A stretch of 33,767 nucleotides of DNA from a virus (IMGVR_UViG_3300017766_001539:1-33767); one strand, 5' to 3'. Positions 26,382-33,767 are shown, numbered from the stretch's first letter. Notes: generated by a model from the letters alone, not told the origin. Made by a program: numbers and translations.

Positions 26382-28065
26382 TAACATTATACAACTATCT
26401 TCATACACTGCACCTGTCATTGTTGAGAACAATAAGAATGAGTGGGTAGAATATGGTGAAGATAACAACTACTATCAGTTCTTAATTGACAGATATAGCA
26501 ATTCAGCAACCAACAACGCTGTAATTAATAACATTTGTCGATTAATATTTGGCCAAGGGTTAACAGCTACGGATAGCGCAATGAAGCCAAACGAATGGGC
26601 TCAATTACTATCTATATTAAAGGAAGATGATTTAAGGCGTATTATATTCGATTTGTACGCATTAGGGCAGTGTGCCTTACAGATTCACTATGACAAAGGA
26701 CATAAAGCTATTACAAGGGCTTTTCATACACCTATTCAGTTATTAAGACCTGAGAAGTGTAACCAAGATGGTGACATAGTAGGTTATTATTATTCTGACA
26801 ATTGGAGCGACCCTAAAAAGTACGTACCTAAACGATTTGATGCGTTCGGAACTTCAAAAAAAGAAGTTGAAATTTTGTATTTAGCGCCTTATAGTGCTGG
26901 AATGAAATACTTTTCAAATGTAGATTACCAAGGGGGAATTGATTACGCATATCTTGAAGAAAAAATAGCTGAATACCTTATTAATGAGGTTGAAAACTCC
27001 TTCGCTCCCACCAGTATCGTAAATTTTAACAATGGTACCCCAACCGACGAGATGAAGGATGAGATATCTGCATCTGTTATTGGTAAGCTTACAGGGTCAA
27101 AAGGTAAGAAAGTTGTAATATCATTCAATGAGAATGAAGCTACCAAAACAACAATTGACACTGTACCTTTGCAAGATGCTGCGGACCATTACCAATATTT
27201 AAGTGATGAATCTACCTTCAAAATATTACGTTCTCACAACGTTACTACTCCTTTATTATTTGGGGTATCGGTTGCCACTGGATTTAGTAGCAATGCTGAT
27301 GAAATGAAAACAGGCGCTTTGTTGTTTGAAAACATGGTTATCAAGCCAAAACAGCAAATGATAGTTGAAATGATTAAAAAAATACTTTCGTTTAACGGTG
27401 TTTCACTTAACCTTAGATTTAAAACTTTGAATCCTTTACAAGGTGACGAGCCACAACCCTTACAAGAGGTAAAAATGAGCGCTCAAGACGAATTGGACGT
27501 TGCAAAATATGGTGAGGACATTGATTTAGATGAGTGGGTGTTGATTGATAGTCACGAGGTAGACTATGAGATTGAGGAGGAATTGGATGAGCAATTACGA
27601 AAACTTAACGAGCCTACAAAATTGTCTAAGGTTTTGAACTTAGTTAAAACAGGCACAGCACGACCTAACACAAAGAGCTTACAAGATGGTGAAATCTTTA
27701 AACATCGTTATAGATATGTTGGGGACACTTCGGAAAAGTCAAGATTGTTTTGCAAGAAAATGACTCAAGCTAATAAAGTATACCGTAAAGAAGATATTGT
27801 AAGAATGGAATCGGAAGTTGTAAACGCTGGTTTTGGTCCTAAAGGTGCAGACAATTATTCTATTTGGTTATACAAAGGCGGTGGAGCATGTCACCATAAA
27901 TGGGTTCGTGAAACTTACTTAAGAAAATCAGATGCTAATTCACCTTTGGCAAAGAAGTTTACACCGGCACAAACTCGCAAACTTGGTGAAATCGCGCCGA
28001 CAAACGATAAAAGAGTTTACACGCGTCCGATTGATATGCCTAACAAAGGATTTTTACCTAAATAA
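26374..28065 (+). CDS. Portal protein with C-terminal Cys/His extension
   Basis: WVEYGEDNNY, SATNNAVIN, NFNNG.P, H.VTTPLLFG; tail domain SRLFCKKM...YKGGGACHHKW. Confidence 0.8.
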   Translation: MNNNIIQLSSYTAPVIVENNKNEWVEYGEDNNYYQFLIDRYSNSATNNAVINNICRLIFGQGLTATDSAMKPNEWAQLLSILKEDDLRRIIFDLYALGQCALQIHYDKGHKAITRAFHTPIQLLRPEKCNQDGDIVGYYYSDNWSDPKKYVPKRFDAFGTSKKEVEILYLAPYSAGMKYFSNVDYQGGIDYAYLEEKIAEYLINEVENSFAPTSIVNFNNGTPTDEMKDEISASVIGKLTGSKGKKVVISFNENEATKTTIDTVPLQDAADHYQYLSDESTFKILRSHNVTTPLLFGVSVATGFSSNADEMKTGALLFENMVIKPKQQMIVEMIKKILSFNGVSLNLRFKTLNPLQGDEPQPLQEVKMSAQDELDVAKYGEDIDLDEWVLIDSHEVDYEIEEELDEQLRKLNEPTKLSKVLNLVKTGTARPNTKSLQDGEIFKHRYRYVGDTSEKSRLFCKKMTQANKVYRKEDIVRMESEVVNAGFGPKGADNYSIWLYKGGGACHHKWVRETYLRKSDANSPLAKKFTPAQTRKLGEIAPTNDKRVYTRPIDMPNKGFLPK

Positions 28066-28071
28066 TAAGAC

Positions 28072-28572
28072 ATGGCAGAAGCACTATTAATATCGAAAAA
28101 AGACTTACAAGAATACACTTCTTTAAACGCCAACACGGACGTTGATAAAGTTATTCAATTTGTACTTGTAGCGCAAAACATTTGGATTCAACAATACACA
28201 GGGACCAAGCTATTGGATAAGATTAAAACGGACATTACAAACAATACGCTTTCGGGTAATTATATAACGCTTGTACGCTCGTATTTAAAGCCAATGTTGA
28301 TACATTTTACGATGGTTGAATACTTACCTTTTTGCGCTTACACCATTTCAAATAAAGGTATCTATAAGCACCAATCTGAGAATAGCGAAATCGTATCAAA
28401 AGAGGAAGTTGACTATTTAATCGAAAAAGAAAAACGCATTGCAGAAAGTTACTCTCAAAGGTTTTTAGACTATATTTGCAAGAATAATAGTTTGTTCCCA
28501 GAGTATACAACAAACGAAAACGGCGATGTATATCCGCAACATAATAACTATCTAACAAATTGGTATTTATGA
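28072..28572 (+). CDS. Head-tail adaptor (putative)
   Basis: NANTDVDK, AQNIWIQQYTGTKL, KPMLIH, FPEY; follows portal. Confidence 0.7.
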   Translation: MAEALLISKKDLQEYTSLNANTDVDKVIQFVLVAQNIWIQQYTGTKLLDKIKTDITNNTLSGNYITLVRSYLKPMLIHFTMVEYLPFCAYTISNKGIYKHQSENSEIVSKEEVDYLIEKEKRIAESYSQRFLDYICKNNSLFPEYTTNENGDVYPQHNNYLTNWYL

Positions 28573-28664
28573 AGAAAAAAAAAGAATATAAACCAAAGGA
28601 AGAAAACATAATTAAACTTAAAATCTATTTAAATGATATTAGCAAACCACGGGATAATAAGTAG
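28569..28664 (+). CDS. Very small basic protein (31 aa)
   Basis: MKKKKEYKPKEENIIKLKIYLNDISKPRDNK*; ATGA overlap. Confidence 0.5.
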   Translation: MKKKKEYKPKEENIIKLKIYLNDISKPRDNK

Positions 28665-29442
28665 CAGCAGAGGTGTTTTATACGATGCTGATGCACTTGC
28701 ATTTATGACAGCTGCATCAATTACCGACAACACACAAAAAACAGCAATTAACACGCTTGTAACTGATTTAAAAAGTTATAACATTTGGACTAAAATGAAA
28801 GCTATTTATCCATTTGTTGGTGGTACAGCAACTACACACAAATTCAACTTGAAAGACCCAAGAGACTTAGATGTTGCTTATAGATTGGAGTTTTTCGGGG
28901 GTTGGACACACTCAAGCACAGGATCTTTACCGAATGGGACAACGGCTTATGCTGACACTAAAATAAACGAAAATACTGTGATGACATTAAATAGTCAGCA
29001 TTTATCCTACTATTCAAGGACAGACATACTTGGGGCGTATGCAGATATGGGACTTTGGGATTCCACATTATTAATAGGCTCGCAAATGTTATCAAGGGTT
29101 GTTTATCCAAGTAGTGATTCATTTACTGGTTACGTACAAGATGGAAGCAACACCTATGTTGCTAATACTGATTCAAGAGGTTTATTTGTTATGAACAGAA
29201 TATCCAGTTCTGTTTTAAAATTACAAAAAAACTCAACGATTTCATCTTTCACTTCTAATGTTGGCGCAAAATCAAATTTAAACTTCTTTATAGGAGCAAG
29301 AAATTTAATTGGGGCAGCATCACTCTACACGCCAAGAGAATCATCTTTCGCATCAATCGGTGACGGTTTATCAGATACAGAAGCATCTAATTTTTATACA
29401 GCAGTACAAGCATATCAAACTACTTTAAATAGACAAGTGTAA
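28633..29442 (+). CDS. Virion protein with lectin/LamG-like beta-sandwich (candidate receptor binding)
   Basis: DADALAF, AIYPFVGGT, FNLKDP, FFIGARN, FASIGDGLSDTE. Confidence 0.65.
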   Translation: MILANHGIISSSRGVLYDADALAFMTAASITDNTQKTAINTLVTDLKSYNIWTKMKAIYPFVGGTATTHKFNLKDPRDLDVAYRLEFFGGWTHSSTGSLPNGTTAYADTKINENTVMTLNSQHLSYYSRTDILGAYADMGLWDSTLLIGSQMLSRVVYPSSDSFTGYVQDGSNTYVANTDSRGLFVMNRISSSVLKLQKNSTISSFTSNVGAKSNLNFFIGARNLIGAASLYTPRESSFASIGDGLSDTEASNFYTAVQAYQTTLNRQV

Positions 29443-29648
29443 TGAAAGTAAGACAATTAACAATAGAACAAAAAGACGCATTAGTTGGACAAACATACGA
29501 TGGTGTGCAATATTTCAATCCGACTTTAGATGCAAGCGGAAATTGGTTTATTTCCAATGAGGAATATTTCAACTGCACAACAGCTACTTTATTTGGGTGG
29601 ACTTTGCCAGAGATTGACCATAACCCTGTTGTAGTTGAATTCCCATGA
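29442..29648 (+). CDS. Small partner of preceding virion protein
   Basis: 68 aa; YFNPTLDASGNWFISNEE. Confidence 0.7.
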   Translation: MKVRQLTIEQKDALVGQTYDGVQYFNPTLDASGNWFISNEEYFNCTTATLFGWTLPEIDHNPVVVEFP

Positions 29649-29767
29649 AGCGTAAGTACTACGAAGGGCAACAATTAAACGGTAAGATAGTGCATACAAT
29701 TTGGCACGATTCAAGTAATTATTATATAAAATTTACAGATGGAAGTTTTGAGGAATTTAAAAAATAG
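29645..29767 (+). CDS. Small hypothetical protein (40 aa)
   Basis: MKRKYYEGQQLNGKIVHTIWHDSSNYYIKFTDGSFEEFKK*; ATGA overlap. Confidence 0.5.
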   Translation: MKRKYYEGQQLNGKIVHTIWHDSSNYYIKFTDGSFEEFKK

Positions 29768-29948
29768 ATGGTTAGCACCAACGCCAAATTTTTGGAAGAA
29801 AGTGCAAAGTGTAGGAATAGTTATCGGGGGGTTAGGTGCAGTATTCGTTGCGCCTCCATTCGGGCTTACAGTAGTAGGCGGTTATATGGTTGCCGTTGGT
29901 TCGGTGGCGGGTGTTTTATCTCAACTTACAATAGATGAACAACGTTAA
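29739..29948 (+). CDS. Holin-like two-TM membrane protein
   Basis: R..APTPNFWKK then two hydrophobic segments, SQLT end; overlaps endolysin. Confidence 0.7.
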   Translation: MEVLRNLKNRWLAPTPNFWKKVQSVGIVIGGLGAVFVAPPFGLTVVGGYMVAVGSVAGVLSQLTIDEQR

Positions 29949-30522
29949 GAGCTACACGGATAAACAAATACTCGATAGAGTAAAATCGTTAAAATCCTTC
30001 AAATGTATTCCTTTAGGTTATTGGATAGTTGGTGTTAGAAGTGAGGAAGATGCGCCTAACAAATATGACGATAAGTTCTACCTATTCAACGGTGAGCAAT
30101 TCGTAAAAGTTGTAACAGGTACAACTAACCCAGGTACACCTATATTACAAGGTGGTTATCTTAAATATAATCGAGTAGGAGCTGCGGTTGTTAAGGCTGA
30201 TGAGGTTTACTACGACGTATGGAAGTTTGGCTTACACCAAGGGAAGATGCCTGCCCTAAAACAAGTAGGACCATTCATTGTTTATCGTGATGGTGATAAA
30301 GATGGTAAGAGTGAAGAGATAGGCGCACCAATTACAGGCAGTGGTTATGGTATTAACTTTCATAGTATATCAAATGATTTGTCGGTTAGGTTAGTTGGTG
30401 AGAATGTAGGCAATTATTCTGCTGGTTGTCAAGTTTGTAATAATGTAGAACAGTACCGAATGATAATAAACCTAATCAAGAATCAAAACAGAATAACCTA
30501 TTGTTTATTAAAAGAATTTTAG
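29935..30522 (+). CDS. Putative endolysin with YkuD/L,D-transpeptidase-like catalytic motif
   Basis: GINFH...SAGCQV His/Cys motif, YRDGDKDG, TTNPG; downstream of holin-like gene. Confidence 0.7.
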   Translation: MNNVKSYTDKQILDRVKSLKSFKCIPLGYWIVGVRSEEDAPNKYDDKFYLFNGEQFVKVVTGTTNPGTPILQGGYLKYNRVGAAVVKADEVYYDVWKFGLHQGKMPALKQVGPFIVYRDGDKDGKSEEIGAPITGSGYGINFHSISNDLSVRLVGENVGNYSAGCQVCNNVEQYRMIINLIKNQNRITYCLLKEF

Positions 30523-30542
30523 TACCTTTATACGTGTGTTTT

Positions 30543-30573
30543 AGGCGGTTAAGAAATTAATCGCTTTTTTTTT
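30543..30573 (+). terminator. Intrinsic terminator ending the late region
   Basis: ggcggttaa-gaaa-ttaatcgct followed by a T run. Confidence 0.85.
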
Positions 30574-30582
30574 GCTCTAAAG

Positions 30583-30614
30583 TTTGGTGTATTAATAATT
30601 AATATATATATTTG
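30583..30614 (+). promoter_or_regulatory. Bacteroidota-type housekeeping promoter (early promoter B)
   Basis: TTTG 30583-30586, 20-nt spacer, TATATTTG 30607-30614. Confidence 0.8.
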
Positions 30615-30638
30615 CTATATAATTAAAAACATAAACAC

Positions 30639-30812
30639 ATGAAAACAGCAGATTTAATTGAAAGCCAAATATCAGAAATACGTGAGAACGTTGGCTATGG
30701 TAACAGATTCGATAAAGTAAAATTTTCTGATGAGTTAGTAACCGAAGCGCAAAAGGTAGCAGGTGAAAACTATGAATTCATCTTAAAAATTATGGGACAT
30801 GAAAAACGCTAA
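30639..30812 (+). CDS. Small early hypothetical protein (57 aa)
   Basis: MKTADLIESQISEIRENVGYG...HEKR*; first ORF after promoter. Confidence 0.7.
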   Translation: MKTADLIESQISEIRENVGYGNRFDKVKFSDELVTEAQKVAGENYEFILKIMGHEKR

Positions 30813-30954
30813 GAAATTATTATACGCATTGGTTTGTATTATCATAGTAGGTTTTGTAAATCAGTATTGGAATGCATCCACAGCATTTTGGATTGGATTC
30901 GGGTTATTAGGTTGGACTTTAACAGGATTAAGTTATGAAAAAGATAATAAGTAA
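30799..30954 (+). CDS. Small two-TM membrane protein (51 aa)
   Basis: MKNAKKLLYALVCIIIVGFVNQYWNASTAFWIGFGLLGWTLTGLSYEKDNK*. Confidence 0.7.
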   Translation: MKNAKKLLYALVCIIIVGFVNQYWNASTAFWIGFGLLGWTLTGLSYEKDNK

Positions 30955-31264
30955 AATATTTAACGTTGATACGTTAATCATGCCCTCAGACGTTGAATTC
31001 ATGAAGATTGACAGCGATAGTGTATGGGCAACGTTTGAAGAGCTTAAAGAACGTCTATACATCAACGATGGGCTTGTTTATAGCGAAGAGGGCGACCGCA
31101 TTTGTACTACAATGGAATTAGAGCAATTTGATGAATTTGCAGAACTAAACAAATGCATCACGTGTGGTGGATCAGGTGAATACATGGTTACCGATTACGA
31201 CCAAGAAGGTCCATTTCAAAACATTTTAATCAATTGCTATTGTGAGAAGCCCTACGAGTTATAA
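30935..31264 (+). CDS. Hypothetical protein with DnaJ-type zinc finger
   Basis: CITCGGSG...CYC. Confidence 0.7.
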   Translation: MKKIISKIFNVDTLIMPSDVEFMKIDSDSVWATFEELKERLYINDGLVYSEEGDRICTTMELEQFDEFAELNKCITCGGSGEYMVTDYDQEGPFQNILINCYCEKPYEL

Positions 31265-31541
31265 TTATATCTACGACAGAGTTCGTAATATGATTGAAGC
31301 TGGATGGATTCAGCTTGACATCGCAAAGCATTTAAACGTTCCCGTTGCGACCGTTGGACATGCGATCGCAACTTACGAAGGAAAAAAGTATATAACAAGC
31401 CTATATTTTGGCTACAAAAACGAAGCATATGAACAAGAAGATTACATTTATCAAACCCCTACTTTTGACGAGCTGTCTGATGATGAGCAGTCTATCTATC
31501 GGTCAATTGAGTTTACAGCAAATCAAGGACAAGGGAATTAA
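31242..31541 (+). CDS. HTH DNA-binding protein
   Basis: GWIQLDIAKHLNVPVATVGHAI. Confidence 0.7.
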   Translation: MRSPTSYNYIYDRVRNMIEAGWIQLDIAKHLNVPVATVGHAIATYEGKKYITSLYFGYKNEAYEQEDYIYQTPTFDELSDDEQSIYRSIEFTANQGQGN

Positions 31542-31800
31542 ACACCCTGAGATTGTTTACGCACAATACCGACTTGAAACAGGGAACGGCAAGAGTAGAG
31601 CGTTCAGAGAGTACAACAATGCGTTCGGATTCATCTATAAGCGCAAATTAATGCGATTTAAGAGCGTTGAGGAGTGCGTAGAGTACTACAAGACGTGGCA
31701 AGCGAAAAGATACGTTACAGGCGATTATTTTGAATTCCTTAAAAAGATAGGTTACGCAGAAGAAGAAGGATATATAGAGCTATTAAAAAAAATGTTATGA
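31429..31800 (+). CDS. GH73/glucosaminidase-like peptidoglycan hydrolase with signal peptide
   Basis: AQYRLETG, NNAFG, GYAE...Y; N-terminus MNKKITFIKPLLLTSCLMMSSLSIG. Confidence 0.75.
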   Translation: MNKKITFIKPLLLTSCLMMSSLSIGQLSLQQIKDKGIKHPEIVYAQYRLETGNGKSRAFREYNNAFGFIYKRKLMRFKSVEECVEYYKTWQAKRYVTGDYFEFLKKIGYAEEEGYIELLKKML

Positions 31801-32849
31801 ATTATAATTGGAAATTAAGTGAAGCAACATTCACAAAAGACAAAGGAAAAGTATTTAGTTGCTTTGCTTGTGGTGGAGGGTCTACAATGGGGTACAAGTT
31901 AGCCGGATTTGATGTCATAGGACACAATGACATTGACCCTAAAATGGTAGAAGTTTACAAAGAAAACCATAAGCCAAAATACAGCTATTTAGAAAGTATT
32001 ACAACCTTTGCAAAACGTAAAGATTTACCACAAGAACTTTATAACTTAGATATATTAGACGGTTCGCCTCCTTGTAGCTCATTTAGTATGGCTGGCAATA
32101 GAGAAAAAGACTGGGGGAAAGAAAAGAAGTTTCGTGAAGGTCAGGAATTACAAGTTTTAGATACGTTATTTTTTGACTTTATAGATTTAGCAAATGAATT
32201 AAAACCGAAAGTTGTTGTAGCTGAAAATGTAAAAGGGTTATTATTAGGTGAAGCTAAGCAATATGTAATTAAGATTTACAAAGCATTTGATGAAGCCGGT
32301 TATACTTGTCAACACTTTCTATTAAACGCATCTAAAATGGGTGTGCCACAACGTAGAGAAAGAGTGTTCTTTATCGCTTTACGTAAAGATTTAGCACCGA
32401 AATTTATGGAGTATGTAGATATGTTTACTGAACTTCCAAAACTTGAACTAGAGTTTAATGAAAAGGAAATACCATTTAAAGAGATTGAAAGACCTAATAC
32501 AATACAAGAAAATAAAACTCATATTCCAAAAGGGATATTGCCGTATTGGAAAAAAATAGATGAAGGTAGGAGTTGTGCCGATGTTCATGAAAAAGGTCAT
32601 TTTTTTCAAGAATTAAAATTGGACCGTAATAGAAGTTTACCAACATTAAGAGCCGGTTCAAATTCATATTATCACTATGAGGAGGAGCGGAGATTGTACG
32701 ACATAGAAATAATATTAGGTGGGAGCTATCCAACAGATTATAATTTTCTAAATTTAAAACCTATATATTTAATTGGTATGTCAGTCCCCCCACTAATGAC
32801 AGGCAAAATAGCAGAACAGATTCACAAACAATGGCTATCTAAATTATGA
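31797..32849 (+). CDS. DNA cytosine-5 methyltransferase (orphan)
   Basis: FACGGG, GSPPC, ENVKG, QRRERVF, GMSVPP motifs. Confidence 0.93.
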   Translation: MNYNWKLSEATFTKDKGKVFSCFACGGGSTMGYKLAGFDVIGHNDIDPKMVEVYKENHKPKYSYLESITTFAKRKDLPQELYNLDILDGSPPCSSFSMAGNREKDWGKEKKFREGQELQVLDTLFFDFIDLANELKPKVVVAENVKGLLLGEAKQYVIKIYKAFDEAGYTCQHFLLNASKMGVPQRRERVFFIALRKDLAPKFMEYVDMFTELPKLELEFNEKEIPFKEIERPNTIQENKTHIPKGILPYWKKIDEGRSCADVHEKGHFFQELKLDRNRSLPTLRAGSNSYYHYEEERRLYDIEIILGGSYPTDYNFLNLKPIYLIGMSVPPLMTGKIAEQIHKQWLSKL

Positions 32850-33097
32850 AAAAACTAATAATTGCAGCAGCATTGCTAATGGTAGGATGCCAAAAAGAAG
32901 AAGTGAAAACGTGCGATTGCCTTCGCATAACGGACATTAAACATGATTCGTTGGTATTTTACGAGAACACCGTATACACAGCAGAAATAACAACTATAAG
33001 CGATTGTACGTTTCTGCAAACAAAAAAAATGTTTCATAGTGAAATAGAACCCTATAAACAAAACAAAGTCGGTGAATGCTGGCAACCTCCTTTCTAA
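32846..33097 (+). CDS. Lipoprotein
   Basis: MKKLIIAAALLMVG-C lipobox followed by QKEE. Confidence 0.85.
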   Translation: MKKLIIAAALLMVGCQKEEVKTCDCLRITDIKHDSLVFYENTVYTAEITTISDCTFLQTKKMFHSEIEPYKQNKVGECWQPPF

Positions 33098-33102
33098 ACA
33101 CC

Positions 33103-33131
33103 AAGCCCAATCTTAACGGTTGGGTTTTTTT
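33103..33131 (+). terminator. Intrinsic terminator
   Basis: aagcccaatc-ttaac-ggttgggttt plus T run. Confidence 0.85.
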
Positions 33132-33295
33132 GTGTGTAAAGTGTGTGTGTGTAAAATTAACTTTACACCCAAAATAAAAAAATAAAAAATAAAAAAAAAT
33201 AATAAATCAAAAATTGCACACTTCACACTTTACACCTGCAAACCCTTATAAACATTGAAAAGTTGCTGTGAAGTTACTTCACACTACTTCACACT
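33132..33295. repeat. Iteron-like CTTYACAC array around an A-tract (probable replication origin)
   Basis: Forward copies at 33161, 33221, 33228, 33277, 33287; reverse copies at 33134 (exact), 33149 and 33266 (one mismatch); A-rich core 33171-33213. Confidence 0.7.
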
Positions 33296-33374
33296 AATAG
33301 CAGTATATTATTTAGAACAATTATAAATTAACATTATTTTTTATATAATTATATTTAGTTAAAATAAATAATTG

Positions 33375-33382
33375 TAAATTTG
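33375..33382 (+). promoter_or_regulatory. -7 element TAAATTTG of the replication operon promoter
   Basis: TAnnTTTG match just upstream of the structured leader; no clear -33 TTG. Confidence 0.6.
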
Positions 33383-33387
33383 TACTC

Positions 33388-33467
33388 GTAGAGTGGAAGC
33401 TACAGTAAGAAATTTTTTAAACTCCTCGAGTTGACGTGACTTCCACCACTGATACTCGAGGTTTTTT
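33388..33467 (+). ncRNA. Candidate cis-regulatory leader: two hairpins with complementary loops, second one terminator-like
   Basis: GTAG-AGTGGAAG-CTAC; CCTCGAGT...GTG-ACTTCCAC-CAC...ACTCGAGG then T6; GTGGAAG pairs with CTTCCAC. Confidence 0.7.
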
Positions 33468-33472
33468 ATTTT

Positions 33473-33767
33473 ATGGAAAAAGAAAAAGGTTGTGTTTACT
33501 TTTTTAGACACATTGGTTTAACACCAATTAAAATTGGTTTTTCAAAGAACCCATCTCCTCTTGACAGATTTAATCAATTTAAAACTTATGCTCCTTTTGG
33601 TTCTGAAATAGTTGGCTTTATACAGGTTGAAAACCCAAAGGAATTGGAGTCTATAATTCATTTAAAGTACAACCACTTAAGACTTGAGGGTGAGTGGTTT
33701 GAAATTACAGAAGAACAAGCTATTAAAGAAATTGATTTTTATTCTAAATTAGAGGATATTAAAGCAA
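33473..33767 (+). CDS. 5' part of T5orf172/GIY-YIG-like nuclease (continues through the join to 344)
   Basis: MEKEKGCVYFF...IKIGFS...DRFNQF...LESIIH...GEWF motifs. Confidence 0.88.
   Translation, partial: MEKEKGCVYFFRHIGLTPIKIGFSKNPSPLDRFNQFKTYAPFGSEIVGFIQVENPKELESIIHLKYNHLRLEGEWFEITEEQAIKEIDFYSKLEDIKA
33645..33767. repeat. Terminal direct repeat, copy 2
   Basis: Identical to 1-123. Confidence 0.97.

Noticed and set aside
355-33085. All minus-strand ORFs in the track
   Set aside because: Each lies antisense to a well-supported + strand gene and shows no recognisable motifs.
33132-33295. CRISPR array or simple GT microsatellite
   Set aside because: Units are 8 bp, in both orientations, without unique spacers; better explained as iterons.
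33645-33767. 123-bp terminal repeat as a biological direct terminal repeat
   Set aside because: It falls mid-gene and is exact, which fits an assembler overlap on a circular or permuted genome.
1-33767. tRNA, integrase/repressor, reverse transcriptase or DGR, introns, stop-codon recoding
   Set aside because: None seen; genes tile densely under the standard code with all three stops in use, and the 108-bp repeat mismatches are not confined to adenines.

Overview
The window is an apparently complete, circularly assembled tailed-phage genome of about 33,644 bp unique length: bases 1-123 are repeated exactly at 33645-33767 and one gene reads through the join. All credible genes are on the + strand, with no integrase or repressor, so it looks lytic. 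TTG-N19/20-TAnnTTTG promoters, a DUF3127-like SSB and a lipoprotein export signal point to a Bacteroidota (Flavobacterium-like) host. Gene order: replication (T5orf172-like nuclease, primase/DUF3987, SF2 helicase, VRR-NUC), recombination (ERF, exonuclease, SSB), nucleotide-related cluster (ThyX, mini-kinase, DUF3310, MazG-like), ECF-like sigma factor, terminase, tail genes, head genes, two tail-tube paralogs, portal, lysis cassette, then an early operon with a C5 methyltransferase and a probable origin. The best leads are: six exact RCAACA-N15-AGTTA sites that fit promoters for the phage sigma factor, four of them nearly leaderless; a kissing-loop/terminator RNA leader ahead of the replication operon; an HTH shared by the nuclease and the primase next to an iteron array; a T4-holin-like GAF membrane protein outside the lysis cassette; a -1 frameshift site; and twin tail-tube genes with a homogenised core. 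All family assignments come from motif recognition by eye, not from database searches.
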